A DNA stretch of 46,956 nt from Candidatus Hermodarchaeota archaeon (GTDB lineage: Archaea > Asgardarchaeota > Hermodarchaeia > Hermodarchaeales > Hermodarchaeaceae): NCBI GenBank assembly GCA_016839805.1, contig JAEOTO010000025.1, positions 1 through 46,956 on the forward strand. The letters run 5' to 3'. Of this stretch, positions 19,059 through 29,020 are shown piece by piece (positions within the stretch are counted from its first letter, which is position 1; every line of letters begins with the position of its first letter). The position numbers were made by a program, and so were the translations under genes. The notes beneath the pieces were generated by a model that was given only the letters and a program-made list of their open reading frames with translations, did not search any database and was not told the origin of the DNA.

Positions 19059-19454
19059 TTACCGCAAGGTTCGGACCCACTCGTCATGTAATGAGGGCTG
19101 CTCAGGCGCACCAGGAACTGCTTGAAACTCGGTTTCAAGCTCTTGGACAATTTCTGCTAACTTACCTTCGGCTTCGACGCAATCGAACAAGCCTTCCTCA
19201 AAATCAAAGTTGATGGGTGGGAAACTGATCCGGTGCATTAAGGTAATGAGCACACCATTGAGTTCTACACCAATCGCATACACGTGTAGGGCTCTCAACC
19301 ACTGAGCGGGGTTATCCACTACATCACCTTCAAACGGTGTCACATAATATACCGGCTCAAAGGTCACAATAGCAGCTCTCCGTGCAAAATCGAGGAACTG
19401 CTGGTAATTCTGGACTTCTACGGGGGGAACGTATTCCATTCGATCATTCTCCAT
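19059..19454 (-). CDS. hypothetical acidic protein
   Basis: 131-aa ORF with GGAGGT RBS. Confidence 0.7.
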   Translation of the reverse strand: MENDRMEYVPPVEVQNYQQFLDFARRAAIVTFEPVYYVTPFEGDVVDNPAQWLRALHVYAIGVELNGVLITLMHRISFPPINFDFEEGLFDCVEAEGKLAEIVQELETEFQAVPGAPEQPSLHDEWVRTLR

Positions 19455-19737
19455 GAGGTTCTACCTCCATTTAGGAACGCTCTCCCACCCCATCGTTTCC
19501 ATTGGAGCCGGAAGGCTCTAGCGTTCAATGGGGTGAACGGGAAACAATTTATTACAAACTATACAATACAACAATCACTTATAAATATTTGTATTACCTG
19601 AAACAAATAGATAAAAAACGAATATTTTCTATAAAACGAAAGAACACGACCTCTCCTACCCCCTATCTACACAAGAAGAAACTCAACGGCACACCAGCAG
19701 GGACAAAAATCAACTTACATTCTCAAAAAACAGGAGG

Positions 19738-19812
19738 TGGTGCGGTCGCCGGGATTCGAACCCGGGTATTCGGCGTGGAAGGCCGAAATCATAACCACTA
19801 GACCACGACCGC
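19738..19812 (-). tRNA. tRNA-Gly(TCC)
   Basis: GCGGTCG/CGACCGC acceptor stem, loop CTTCCAC, CCA. Confidence 0.95.
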
Positions 19813-19934
19813 TAAACCCGCAGGGTAATGTTGTCTCGCTTAAGTGTTTCCGTTTTGTGTCGATGAATATTTGGGGTAATGACCCATATTAGCCATAACC
19901 ATTAAAAAGGGGTGGTGGGTTGGACTAGCTCCGT

Positions 19935-20009
19935 GCGCTGTTGGTCTAGTGGCTAGGACTCCAGCCTGCCACGCTGGGTGCCCGGGTTCAAATCCCGGAC
20001 AGCGCACCA
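19935..20009 (+). tRNA. tRNA-Gly(GCC)
   Basis: GCGCTGT/ACAGCGC acceptor stem, loop CTGCCAC, CCA. Confidence 0.95.
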
Positions 20010-20043
20010 TTTTCGCCAATTTTTCGGCGTGTTGGTGTCGTGT

Positions 20044-20406
20044 GTGCGAGTTCGTGGGAGCCGTCGGTGGCGTGCAACAGTGGTGAAGCATCTACGCAGT
20101 CTATTTCAGCATGCCGAAGCAGTGGCGGGTCAGGATCCGGCTTTAGCCAAGCGGTATGTGCAGATGGCACGGCGTATTGTCATGCGGACCCGAGTACGGT
20201 TGCCCACGGATCTGCGGCATCGGTATTGTCATCGGTGTGAGAGTTATTTACGACCAGGTGGGAATGCTCGAATTCGGTTACGTACAGCTGGTCGAAATGG
20301 GTCGTTGGTGATTACCTGTTTGGTTTGTGGATATCGCCGTAAACTCATTTGGAATCGAGTAAAAAGAAACGCTTCAACCAAAGCTTCGAAGAATGCAACT
20401 ACATGA
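20044..20406 (+). CDS. rnp4: ribonuclease P protein subunit Rpp21
   Basis: LA.RYV..ARRI....R+RLP, YCHRC...ITCLVCG; start moved to GTG 20044 because the longer ORF overlaps tRNA-Gly. Confidence 0.9.
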   Translation: MRVRGSRRWRATVVKHLRSLFQHAEAVAGQDPALAKRYVQMARRIVMRTRVRLPTDLRHRYCHRCESYLRPGGNARIRLRTAGRNGSLVITCLVCGYRRKLIWNRVKRNASTKASKNATT

Positions 20407-20420
20407 GGACAGAATTTAGA

Positions 20421-20684
20421 ATGCCAAAAAAAGATCAGCTTGCTCGGATATGGGCGGATGAAAAGCCTGCAGTTCGTATTGGGAAATCCAAGTTGGATGC
20501 AGGTGTGGTTGAGGAGGTAAGACGCCAATTGAAACGACGGAAGGTGATTAAGGTGAAGTTTCTTCGGTCCTTAGCCGCATCCGAGGATATCGATAAATTG
20601 GCAGCCGATTTAGCGGCTCAGACTTCCAGTGAAGTTTGGGGGCGTCGGGGATTTGTAGTAGTCTTAGCTTACCGAAAACCTTGA
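20421..20684 (+). CDS. YhbY/CRM-domain RNA-binding protein
   Basis: VRIGKS....GVVEEV..QL......KVKFL, RGFVVVL; conserved position before rps19e. Confidence 0.88.
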   Translation: MPKKDQLARIWADEKPAVRIGKSKLDAGVVEEVRRQLKRRKVIKVKFLRSLAASEDIDKLAADLAAQTSSEVWGRRGFVVVLAYRKP

Positions 20685-20784
20685 AGGGACGGAAGTAAGG
20701 ACGAAGGGTTTTTATAGCTTTCATCGAGTACTTCTGCCGACCTGTCGGCGGGTCAATTTCCGTTTGCGCCGTGGGGTCTTTATC

Positions 20785-21213
20785 GTGTCTACTGTATTTG
20801 ACGTTCCTGCAGACCAGCTGATTCCGCGTATCGCGGAGGAGCTCAAAAAGGCGAAAGAAGTCACGCCACCTGAATGGGCTAGTTATGTTAAGACGGGTGC
20901 TCAAAAGGAACGGCGACCAACTGCCTCGGATTGGTGGTATATTCGGTGTGCCTCTATTCTCCGTCGGCTCTACGTGAAGGGGCCATCTGGAGTATCACGA
21001 CTTCGGACTGCATATGGAGACCGAAAACGTCGTGGCGTTCGCCCTAATCATTTCATGAAGGGCAGTGGTTCCATCGTTCGCACCGCGCTTCAACAGTTAG
21101 AAGCGGCAGGACTTGTCGAGCATGAAAAAGGGACAGGACGACGCCTATCACGACAGGGACGATCATTCCTAGATAAAATGGCGCATATGATGCGGACCCA
21201 AGGTGCAGGCTAG
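20785..21213 (+). CDS. rps19e: 30S ribosomal protein S19e
   Basis: TVFDVP, PPEWA..VKTG..KER.P...WWY.R.ASILR. Confidence 0.96.
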   Translation: MSTVFDVPADQLIPRIAEELKKAKEVTPPEWASYVKTGAQKERRPTASDWWYIRCASILRRLYVKGPSGVSRLRTAYGDRKRRGVRPNHFMKGSGSIVRTALQQLEAAGLVEHEKGTGRRLSRQGRSFLDKMAHMMRTQGAG

Positions 21214-21236
21214 TTGAAGACGGGAGGATACCCGTT

Positions 21237-21566
21237 ATGAGTGATGAAGAGTTAGAAGAGTTACGTCGTCGGAAAATGGCTGAATTACAACAGCAAGCCA
21301 TGGTAGAACAGCAGGCAGCCCAAGAGGAAGAAATTCGGGCGCAACGTGCAGCTGTGCTCCGTCAGCTTCTAACTCCTGAAGCGCGTTCGCGTTTAACCAA
21401 TCTTCGTATGGTGAAACCAGCATTCGCTGAGCAATTGGAAAATGAACTCATTCGGCTCGCGCAAGTGAACCGGTTACCTGAGGTTCCAATTACTGATAAG
21501 ACGCTCAAAACAATGCTTTCTCAATTACGATCTCGCCAACGCGATACTAAGATTCAATTTCGATGA
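21237..21566 (+). CDS. PDCD5-like DNA-binding protein
   Basis: ELEELRRRKMAEL, LRQLLTPEARSRL.N+.+VKP. Confidence 0.92.
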   Translation: MSDEELEELRRRKMAELQQQAMVEQQAAQEEEIRAQRAAVLRQLLTPEARSRLTNLRMVKPAFAEQLENELIRLAQVNRLPEVPITDKTLKTMLSQLRSRQRDTKIQFR

Positions 21567-21584
21567 TATAGGACGTTGTAGAAA

Positions 21585-21740
21585 ATGGCACGCAATAAAC
21601 CATTGGGTAAAAAACTTCGACTCGCTCGTCAACTCAAATCAAATGTAGGCATTCCTGCATGGATTATGGTTAAAACTGGTGGAAAAGTCCGAACTCACCC
21701 TAAACGCCGTAATTGGCGACAATCAAAGCTAAAACCCTAG
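21585..21740 (+). CDS. rpl39e: 50S ribosomal protein L39e (not in ORF track)
   Basis: [51 protein letters not shown]. Confidence 0.95.
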   Translation: MARNKPLGKKLRLARQLKSNVGIPAWIMVKTGGKVRTHPKRRNWRQSKLKP

Positions 21741-21765
21741 ATACGAATTTGGAGTGTGCCCAGGA

Positions 21766-22092
21766 ATGGCAGAAAAAGACGATGCATTACCCGAAACACT
21801 CGGTGTTCCCGATGTTACCGAAGAAATCGTAGTTGAACGGCTCTATACAATCCCTCTGGGCAAAGCCTACCAGGTGGTCCGAAAAAAGCGATCGAAACGT
21901 GCTGTGAATCTTGTTAAAGCCTTTATAATGCGCCATATGAAGCTTGAAGATGAAGACGAATTATCCATTGATCCCAAACTTAACGAGTATCTCTGGAATA
22001 GGGGTATCATGAAACCACCACGCCGTGTTCGTGTTCGTGCTACTAAGGATCGGGATGGCTTGGTAAAGGTCTTCTTAGTCGAAGGTCAATGA
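21766..22092 (+). CDS. rpl31e: 50S ribosomal protein L31e
   Basis: ERLYTIPL, RHMK, LNEYLWNRGI.KPP. Confidence 0.95.
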   Translation: MAEKDDALPETLGVPDVTEEIVVERLYTIPLGKAYQVVRKKRSKRAVNLVKAFIMRHMKLEDEDELSIDPKLNEYLWNRGIMKPPRRVRVRATKDRDGLVKVFLVEGQ

Positions 22093-22140
22093 TACTCATC
22101 TTTTCTTATTTGGGACTAATCGAGTAGTGTGGCTAACCTC

Positions 22141-22806
22141 ATGAACGGCAAAGTTCAGCGGTTTGATTTTGCTGGAAGTTCCAATATTGGTGCGTTCAGT
22201 TATATCACGGATCATTGGCTGATTCAGTCACCCAGTAATGAGGCCACCACGCAAGGATTAGAGAATTTATTCGAAATTCCACCTATTCGCACGACTGTGG
22301 GTCAGAGTACATTAGTTGGCATTCTCACAGCAGGTAATCAAAATGGCCTTTTAGTTCCTCATACGGTCTTTGATGAGGAGTTAGATTTCCTTAATCAGTC
22401 CTTAGAACTTCCTGTTCTTTCATTAGAGTCCAAACTCACGGCTCTTGGTAATCTCATCCTTACTAATGACCATGCTGCACTTGTCAGCCCGGAATTCACG
22501 CCTGACGATATTCAGACCATCCGAGATGCACTCGGTGTTGAAGTAGAAGCCAGAACTTTAGCGGAATCAGACTTGGTGGGATCTTACTGCGTCGTCACAA
22601 ACCATGGGTTACTCGCTCATCCGGATATAACAGAAGAAGAACTTGAGTGGCTGGCGGCGTTCTTTTCTGTCAATGTTGAAACTGGTACAATTAACTGCGG
22701 CGTTCCCTATGTTTCAATTGGGCTCCTTGCAACAAATAAGGCAGTGGCAGCAGGATTTGAAACTACGGGACCCGAACTCATGCGAATCACTGAAGCCTTT
22801 TTCTAA
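22141..22806 (+). CDS. eif6: translation initiation factor 6
   Basis: NIGAF, ALGNLIL.ND, GT+N.G, TTGPEL.RI. Confidence 0.95.
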   Translation: MNGKVQRFDFAGSSNIGAFSYITDHWLIQSPSNEATTQGLENLFEIPPIRTTVGQSTLVGILTAGNQNGLLVPHTVFDEELDFLNQSLELPVLSLESKLTALGNLILTNDHAALVSPEFTPDDIQTIRDALGVEVEARTLAESDLVGSYCVVTNHGLLAHPDITEEELEWLAAFFSVNVETGTINCGVPYVSIGLLATNKAVAAGFETTGPELMRITEAFF

Positions 22807-22886
22807 AACCGCTTCATTGCCTTTGTTCGGTGAAAGGATTAAAATAGAGCCGACCATTCGAAGGTTGGCTGCATACCACAAAGAGG

Positions 22887-23129
22887 TTGATTCATTTGAC
22901 TGTTCAAATATACCGCATACAAGGAACTTACCAGCGCCTTAAACGTAAATTCCGGTTTTCACAAGAAATCCGAGCACTCAATGAAAACGACGCCCGTGAA
23001 CAGCTCTATAGTCTTTTAGGCTCCTTTCACCGAGTGAAACGTCCAGCAATTACCATCAAAACAATTGATATCATTCCTCCAGAAGAAGCAGAGAAGCCAA
23101 TTATCCGAAAGCTTAGTGGTATCGAATAG
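22887..23129 (+). CDS. rpl18a: 50S ribosomal protein L18Ae/LX (eL20)
   Basis: F..EIRA....A.E.LYS.LGS.H.VKR..I.I. Confidence 0.9.
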   Translation: MIHLTVQIYRIQGTYQRLKRKFRFSQEIRALNENDAREQLYSLLGSFHRVKRPAITIKTIDIIPPEEAEKPIIRKLSGIE

Positions 23130-23175
23130 AAGAAGAGTGCAACCGCCTAAACAATATATTAGGGGATCTATTATC

Positions 23176-23628
23176 ATGACACAACCACCCCCAAATTCAG
23201 AGCAATTAGCTCAACGATTAATAGCCACCATTCAAGCCCTTGAAGAAGAAATGGTTCGGGGACAAAATAACCTTCAAATGATTGATCTCCAGTTACAACG
23301 GCTTGTTGAAACCGCCGCTGCGGTCCGCGAGTTGAAAAACCACAAACCCGGAGATGAAATCATGGTAAATATAGGCTCAGGAATTCACCTTCATGTCCAG
23401 CTTACTGATAATAAACGGGTGGTTACCTCCATGGGTGCTGGGTTTGCGGCTGAAAGAACTGTGGACGAGGCCCTTACTCGATTCGAAGAACAACAAAAAC
23501 AGCTGACGGATCTTGCTAAACGTCAACAAGAACAGCTACGCAATACACAAAATCAGCTAGAAGCCAGTCAAGCTCAACTTAATCAATTAATTCAATCCGC
23601 CCAGCAACAACCATCAAAACAACCATAG
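23176..23628 (+). CDS. pfdA: prefoldin subunit alpha
   Basis: Coiled coil / beta hairpins (EIMVNIGSG, V..MGAGF..E) / coiled coil; synteny. Confidence 0.9.
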   Translation: MTQPPPNSEQLAQRLIATIQALEEEMVRGQNNLQMIDLQLQRLVETAAAVRELKNHKPGDEIMVNIGSGIHLHVQLTDNKRVVTSMGAGFAAERTVDEALTRFEEQQKQLTDLAKRQQEQLRNTQNQLEASQAQLNQLIQSAQQQPSKQP

Positions 23629-23653
23629 GGAAGCTATTTTTGGGGCTATTGAG

Positions 23654-24565
23654 GTGTTTGAAAAACTTCGTAAGGCAGTAGATGGGTTCATCCAAAAGAT
23701 TACCCTTAAGGAGATTAGCGAAAAGAACCTTGATGAAGCATTCTCAGATCTCCAAATGGCTCTACTCGCCAACGATGTGGCTTATGAGGCAGCTGAAAGA
23801 ATCAACCATCGTGTAAAAGAAACTCTTGAGGGAGTTCAAATTGGTCGGTTACAAAGTAAAAAGGACGCAATTCGTGAAGCACTCTATGATGCCATTTTAG
23901 ATGCGTTGACACCTGACTCTCCGGTTAATCTTTTTGAACTACTTGAGCAGCGAAAAAAGGCAAATGAGCCTCTAATTATCATGTTTTTGGGGGTAAATGG
24001 CACTGGGAAAACAACAACAATCGCGAAAATAACCCACATGCTTCAAAAAAGGGGATACACTGTTGTTCTCGCATGCGCCGATACCTTCCGGGCAGGTAGT
24101 GCAGAACAAATCCAAATACATGCAGATCGACTCAAAGTCCGCGTGCTAAGCCGACCCTATGGTTCCGATCCAGCATCCGTAGCGTTTGATGCAATTAATC
24201 ATGCCAGGGCCCGTGGAGTCAACGTCGTATTGATTGATACCGCAGGGCGGATGCAAACGGATAAGAATCTCATGGCTGAACTCCAAAAAATTCACCGGGT
24301 TGCAGAACCTGATTTGGTCGTTTTTGTAGGGGATGCCCTTGCGGGTAATGATGCAATTGAACAGGCCAAGACCTTTAATGAAAAAATAGGAATAGACGCC
24401 GCGGTGCTTACAAAAGTCGATGCTGATGCTAAAGGTGGCGCAGCACTTTCCATAGCAATTGCCACAGGTAAACCTATAATCTTCGTCGGTGTCGGTCAGA
24501 AATATTCTGATATTGAAAGTTTCAATCCTGAATGGTTCACTGAAAAAATCGCACCCATTAAGTAG
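23654..24565 (+). CDS. ftsY: SRP receptor FtsY
   Basis: GVNGTGKTTT, DTFRAG, DTAGR, TKVDADAKGG. Confidence 0.97.
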   Translation: MFEKLRKAVDGFIQKITLKEISEKNLDEAFSDLQMALLANDVAYEAAERINHRVKETLEGVQIGRLQSKKDAIREALYDAILDALTPDSPVNLFELLEQRKKANEPLIIMFLGVNGTGKTTTIAKITHMLQKRGYTVVLACADTFRAGSAEQIQIHADRLKVRVLSRPYGSDPASVAFDAINHARARGVNVVLIDTAGRMQTDKNLMAELQKIHRVAEPDLVVFVGDALAGNDAIEQAKTFNEKIGIDAAVLTKVDADAKGGAALSIAIATGKPIIFVGVGQKYSDIESFNPEWFTEKIAPIK

Positions 24566-24846
24566 TTTTTCACACTAAGTTATGGTGACACAAAGGCTAA
24601 AAGGCAACAACGGTTGCAGGTTCATCGTTGGTTTCACTGTGTGTGATAACGATGGAATTGAAAGGACGACATTTGTTAAGTTTGAAAGATTACACGCGTG
24701 AAGAAATGTGAAGTTTTTCAGGTAATTTCTTTTAAAAACACTAAGTATCATTCCATCATTCACCACTAACCGCTTATATCCCCACCCTACCCCCCCGCGG
24801 GGTATTCTCACTAAATGCCGTAATAAAAAATTCCCCACTTTGGTCG

Positions 24847-27000
24847 ATGTGCAATATCAGGTCACTTGAGAATAACGGTTATGAGAAATGTGTGGAACAC
24901 AAACAAGACCTTGACCATCGATATGTCCATAGACAAACTACCACCTTAGAGAAACTTCGAAAATTAGAAAGAGACTGTAGCAATCCAACTGATGTTGTAC
25001 TCCGTGCTGCTGATAATCCTGAATTCCGTGCTCAGCTTCTCCCCGCTCGCGAACTCAATTCACATGCGGTCGAAACTTTACTTAGTCTATGTCATCAAGA
25101 GGGAGTGAGGTTTCTTGATCCAACAAGCTTCACCAGCATAAACAACCACACTCAATATAATCAGGCTTTGCGTGCATTTCCACTCATCCAAAGCCATCAT
25201 CAATTCGACAAACTTCACCGACAAGTCAAAATTTACTTCCTACTCCGTGAGAGTACACTTCGCCACCCAAATGAAACTTTTGCCTTCGGTCTTCTCGCAG
25301 ATTACGCCGCTGTCAGCAGAGTTACCATCCATTATTGGTTCAAGGGGACATTTCGCCCACGTCTCTTGGGGCTCCTCGAAAAACGCGCAGCCACGCTTAC
25401 TGTCCACCAACATCGCGTAGCTAAATTACGCAAAGCAGAAAACGGTATTCGCTCTTTAGATGACCTTACAAATCGCCTACACAGTAGGTACTTCAGATTT
25501 AGTGACAAACTCCAAGCCAATCCCAATTTCTCCCAAGAGATCAACGACGCTGTTAACCATCTCAACCTCCTCAACCTAGTAGAAGCCGGAATCCACCCTA
25601 GTGACCTCGCAACACACTTCAATCTTCACAAGGACACAATTCGTCAAACTCTTCGTCAGCAATTCCAGCCCCATCTTATCCGTCTCGCCTCTAATATTCC
25701 TAAACATCCACCCAATCATAAACTTCAATGGGTTCCCACACTGACAAATGGTAATGGTGTTCCCAATCGATTCATACAAGCCCCTTGCAAAATCTACAAG
25801 TACGAACAGCTGCTCCCTGTCTTTAACCAGCTCGTTACACTCACTAATCCCGACTCAAACCTGACACGCCAACTCAACGAATTCGGACCTAGTTCAATCA
25901 TCATTAAGAAGTGGATTTCTCAATTTGGTTTAGTCGAAACCCTCGAAGATAAAATCCACGCTTTTGGTTATATCATTGGAACACTCCTTAGCGATGGACA
26001 CATCGCCTTAGAATCCACTTATAGTAGTCAATTCAAAATCGAACTCTCTAGCAAATATTCTTGGAGCAAAACCTTTGGAAACCGCGTCGTGTACTACCTT
26101 ACCTGTCTGGGTGTTCCTACAAAATTTTTAGGAGCCATTCCTGCAAAACCACCCGAAAGACCTCATCCTTGCTACATTTGGCACTCTGTAAAAACTCCTT
26201 TCCTCACATGGATTAATGAAGGGGTATTAAATCTCGAACAAGGTCAAATCCACAGTGACTACCCTGTCAAAATTAACTGGGTGCTCGATGCCCCACGCTC
26301 TTTTCAAATCAAAATCCTGCAAGGGCTCTTCGATGGCGATAGTTGGGCCTCTGTTATTAATAGTGAAATCGGAATTGCGTCAAAGGTGAATACAGATTTC
26401 ATCGAACAACTGTTGCTTCAGGTTGAAATAAAACCAAATAAGTGTGAATCAAACCAGCTTCTTATAAAAACAAAGAATACTTTACGACAGGCTGTAGAAT
26501 TACCTATTTTCCTTTCTGCTACTAATAGGTTCGAATGTGCCAATAAGATAATACATATGTTAGACCGTACTAGGCTTTCACCGACAGCTATCGATAACCT
26601 CCCCTTAATCCGTCGAATCCACGAAATCAGACAAGACATGCACCTTTCGATTGGTCAAATTCGAATAAAAATATACGAAGAATTCAGGATAACCCTATCT
26701 TATGGGGCAATCAAGAGAATACTCGATAATATTGATGAACGCCAAAAAATCGACTATGACACTGTTCAAACCTTCTTTCGCGTTTTAGAACTTAAGCAAC
26801 AATTTCCCAATATTTCTCACAGACAACTCGCTAGAAGGGCTATCGAAGAAACCAACTCTACTAAAAGCATAGAAACACTTAGAGGTTGGATTCGTGGTAA
26901 TATTCCGAGAGATGCTAAGCGGGCTTTTTCCGAAGGCTATTTTTTCAACAAAGAAATCCTGCGGGTTAACCCCTACCTATACAAATACCTGCCGAAATAG
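24847..27000 (+). CDS. free-standing double-motif LAGLIDADG endonuclease-like protein with several HTH-like domains
   Basis: AFGYIIGTLLSDG (~25960-25998) and LQGLFDGD (~26317-26340); four HTH-like segments; no intein termini; start codon uncertain. Confidence 0.7.
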   Translation: MCNIRSLENNGYEKCVEHKQDLDHRYVHRQTTTLEKLRKLERDCSNPTDVVLRAADNPEFRAQLLPARELNSHAVETLLSLCHQEGVRFLDPTSFTSINNHTQYNQALRAFPLIQSHHQFDKLHRQVKIYFLLRESTLRHPNETFAFGLLADYAAVSRVTIHYWFKGTFRPRLLGLLEKRAATLTVHQHRVAKLRKAENGIRSLDDLTNRLHSRYFRFSDKLQANPNFSQEINDAVNHLNLLNLVEAGIHPSDLATHFNLHKDTIRQTLRQQFQPHLIRLASNIPKHPPNHKLQWVPTLTNGNGVPNRFIQAPCKIYKYEQLLPVFNQLVTLTNPDSNLTRQLNEFGPSSIIIKKWISQFGLVETLEDKIHAFGYIIGTLLSDGHIALESTYSSQFKIELSSKYSWSKTFGNRVVYYLTCLGVPTKFLGAIPAKPPERPHPCYIWHSVKTPFLTWINEGVLNLEQGQIHSDYPVKINWVLDAPRSFQIKILQGLFDGDSWASVINSEIGIASKVNTDFIEQLLLQVEIKPNKCESNQLLIKTKNTLRQAVELPIFLSATNRFECANKIIHMLDRTRLSPTAIDNLPLIRRIHEIRQDMHLSIGQIRIKIYEEFRITLSYGAIKRILDNIDERQKIDYDTVQTFFRVLELKQQFPNISHRQLARRAIEETNSTKSIETLRGWIRGNIPRDAKRAFSEGYFFNKEILRVNPYLYKYLPK

Positions 27001-27133
27001 AGTTTATCATATATGTTACAGGGATAACAAGCATCACTATTAAGCGACTTAACTAGCGGTTAAAAATTATAGGTAGGCAACAACTAAATACCTCAAACAA
27101 CTGCTGTGCTTTATTATTTAAGGTGTTTATGCA

Positions 27134-28063
27134 ATGAACCTTAAAGGCCGTCACTTGTTGACACTTCAAGACTTTAGTAGAGAAGAACTGACTCTTCTCC
27201 TTGATACTGCTGCAGATTTGAAACGGCTCCGGTATCGCAGTGAATTGGGAACAAGCCTTCTTGGAAAATCTGTGGGTATGATATTTGAACGTCCCTCAAC
27301 ACGAACACGAGTCAGTTTTGAAGTGGCAATCAATGAACTCTCCGGTGATTCATTGTTCCTCAGTTCACAGGAACTACAGTTGAGCCGTGGCGAACCAATC
27401 GCTGATACCGCCCGTGTACTTAGTCGATATCTACACGGTATAGTGATTCGAGCCACCAACCATGAACATGTTGTTGAACTCGCTGAACAGAGCACCGTTC
27501 CTGTAATTAATGCCCTTACACCGATGTACCATCCTTGTCAAGCTCTGGCAGATCTTCTCACCATAAAGGAGAAATTACACGAATTGGAGGGTTTAAAACT
27601 AGCATATGTGGGAGATGGCAATAATGTCTGCCATTCCTTGATGCTGAGTGGTGCCACGATGGGATTGGAAGTCATGGTTGCCACACCTTCCGGTTATGAA
27701 CCCAATCTCAAGGTTACAAAAATTTCTCGAGCACGTGCCGAAGAGAACATGAGTAAAGTTGAAGTTACTAATGATGCCAAAGCAGCAGTTCAAGATGCCG
27801 ATGTCATCTATACAGATGTCTTTGTGTCCATGGGACAAGATAAGGAACGGGCTAAACGCCTTGCTGAGTTCCTTCCTGACTTTCAGGTCAATGAATCCCT
27901 TGTGAAATTAGCGGCTCCCCATTGTATAGTCATGCATTGCCTACCGGCACATCGTGATGAAGAAATTACTGATAGGGTTATTGAGGGATCTCATAGTGTT
28001 GTGTGGGATCAAGCGGAAAATCGGCTCCACACAGAAAAAGCTGTACTAGCCTTACTCCTTTAG
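27134..28063 (+). CDS. argF: ornithine carbamoyltransferase
   Basis: STRTR, HPCQ, SMG, HCLP, QAENR. Confidence 0.96.
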   Translation: MNLKGRHLLTLQDFSREELTLLLDTAADLKRLRYRSELGTSLLGKSVGMIFERPSTRTRVSFEVAINELSGDSLFLSSQELQLSRGEPIADTARVLSRYLHGIVIRATNHEHVVELAEQSTVPVINALTPMYHPCQALADLLTIKEKLHELEGLKLAYVGDGNNVCHSLMLSGATMGLEVMVATPSGYEPNLKVTKISRARAEENMSKVEVTNDAKAAVQDADVIYTDVFVSMGQDKERAKRLAEFLPDFQVNESLVKLAAPHCIVMHCLPAHRDEEITDRVIEGSHSVVWDQAENRLHTEKAVLALLL

Positions 28064-28087
28064 GCGTTGCGAAATGGAAGAATCAAA

Positions 28088-28927
28088 GTGACGACTGTCT
28101 GTTTCTGTTCCTGCAAAGATCTAGCAGCCCAAGCTATCAAGGAGCAACTGCTTAAGCTCTATCAATTCACAGAAACTGACCAACGCTTCGACTCTTATCC
28201 CATCTACACACTTGATCAACTGTCGCTAGTAACAATCGAACAAGATAGTATTTACGCCGATAATCTAGATCAGCACTTCACAGCCGATTTATTCATCTTT
28301 GCATCTCGTCACAAATCGGCTGCTTTCAAACCTGCTCTTCTCACCCATGTTCCTGGAAATTGGACAGATGCCGACTTGGGAGGAAAAGCCTCCACACTTT
28401 GCGTAGCTCCATCTTCAGCTTTGAAAATTGCCTTGCAGATAATGCTTGAAGAACGGCGTCGCCTTAAGCTAACAGACTGGGCTTGTGGACTGGAAGCCAC
28501 TCATCATGGGCCTTTCATTGCAAACATCCCTGTTCTTTACATTGAAATCGGCAGTACTGAACAGGAATGGCAAAATCCTACTGCGGCAGAAATTATTGCT
28601 CGAACAATTATGGCCGTCTACCAACGTCACGACGAAACCTATCCTACAGTTCTTGGATTCGGGGGTCCACATTATTGTCCGAGCTTCACACGTTTATGCG
28701 CAGAAACGCAATATGCAGTTGGACATGTGTTACCGAAATATCATCTGGACCAACTAAACGAATCAATGGTTCAACAGGCAATTCATCAAAGTTCCCCTCC
28801 TCCAACCATAGCCGCTTTAGATTGGAAGGGTATGAAAAGTAGACACCGGGAACAGGTGAAGCATATCGGGGAACACCTAGGGTTAGAGATTCAACGTGTT
28901 CGCAAACTACTGCACCAACAAGACTAG
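28088..28927 (+). CDS. dtdA: archaeal D-aminoacyl-tRNA deacylase (DTD2/GEK1 family)
   Basis: SRHKS, H.PGN, EATHHGP, EIGS...W, GGPHY. Confidence 0.92.
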   Translation: MTTVCFCSCKDLAAQAIKEQLLKLYQFTETDQRFDSYPIYTLDQLSLVTIEQDSIYADNLDQHFTADLFIFASRHKSAAFKPALLTHVPGNWTDADLGGKASTLCVAPSSALKIALQIMLEERRRLKLTDWACGLEATHHGPFIANIPVLYIEIGSTEQEWQNPTAAEIIARTIMAVYQRHDETYPTVLGFGGPHYCPSFTRLCAETQYAVGHVLPKYHLDQLNESMVQQAIHQSSPPPTIAALDWKGMKSRHREQVKHIGEHLGLEIQRVRKLLHQQD

Positions 28928-29020
28928 TAACTTAAGTTTCATTATGCTAATGCGAAAAGACTTATTAGGAGAGGCACGGTGAGACTGCCCAAGACCTCTA
29001 GTTGACCATAGGTGTATAAA

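Noticed and set aside
19502-20240. ORFs overlapping the two tRNA-Gly genes, and the N-terminal extension of Rpp21 from 19978
   Set aside because: They run through tRNA sequence; a better Rpp21 start with an RBS lies at 20044.
24786-24805. CCCCGCGGGG palindrome upstream of the LAGLIDADG gene as an element end
   Set aside because: No counterpart at the other side of the gene, so it cannot be assigned as a terminal inverted repeat.
24847-27000. Intein or intron-encoded ORF
   Set aside because: No intein block A or C-terminal HN, no flanking exteins, and no interrupted RNA gene or BHB junction found.
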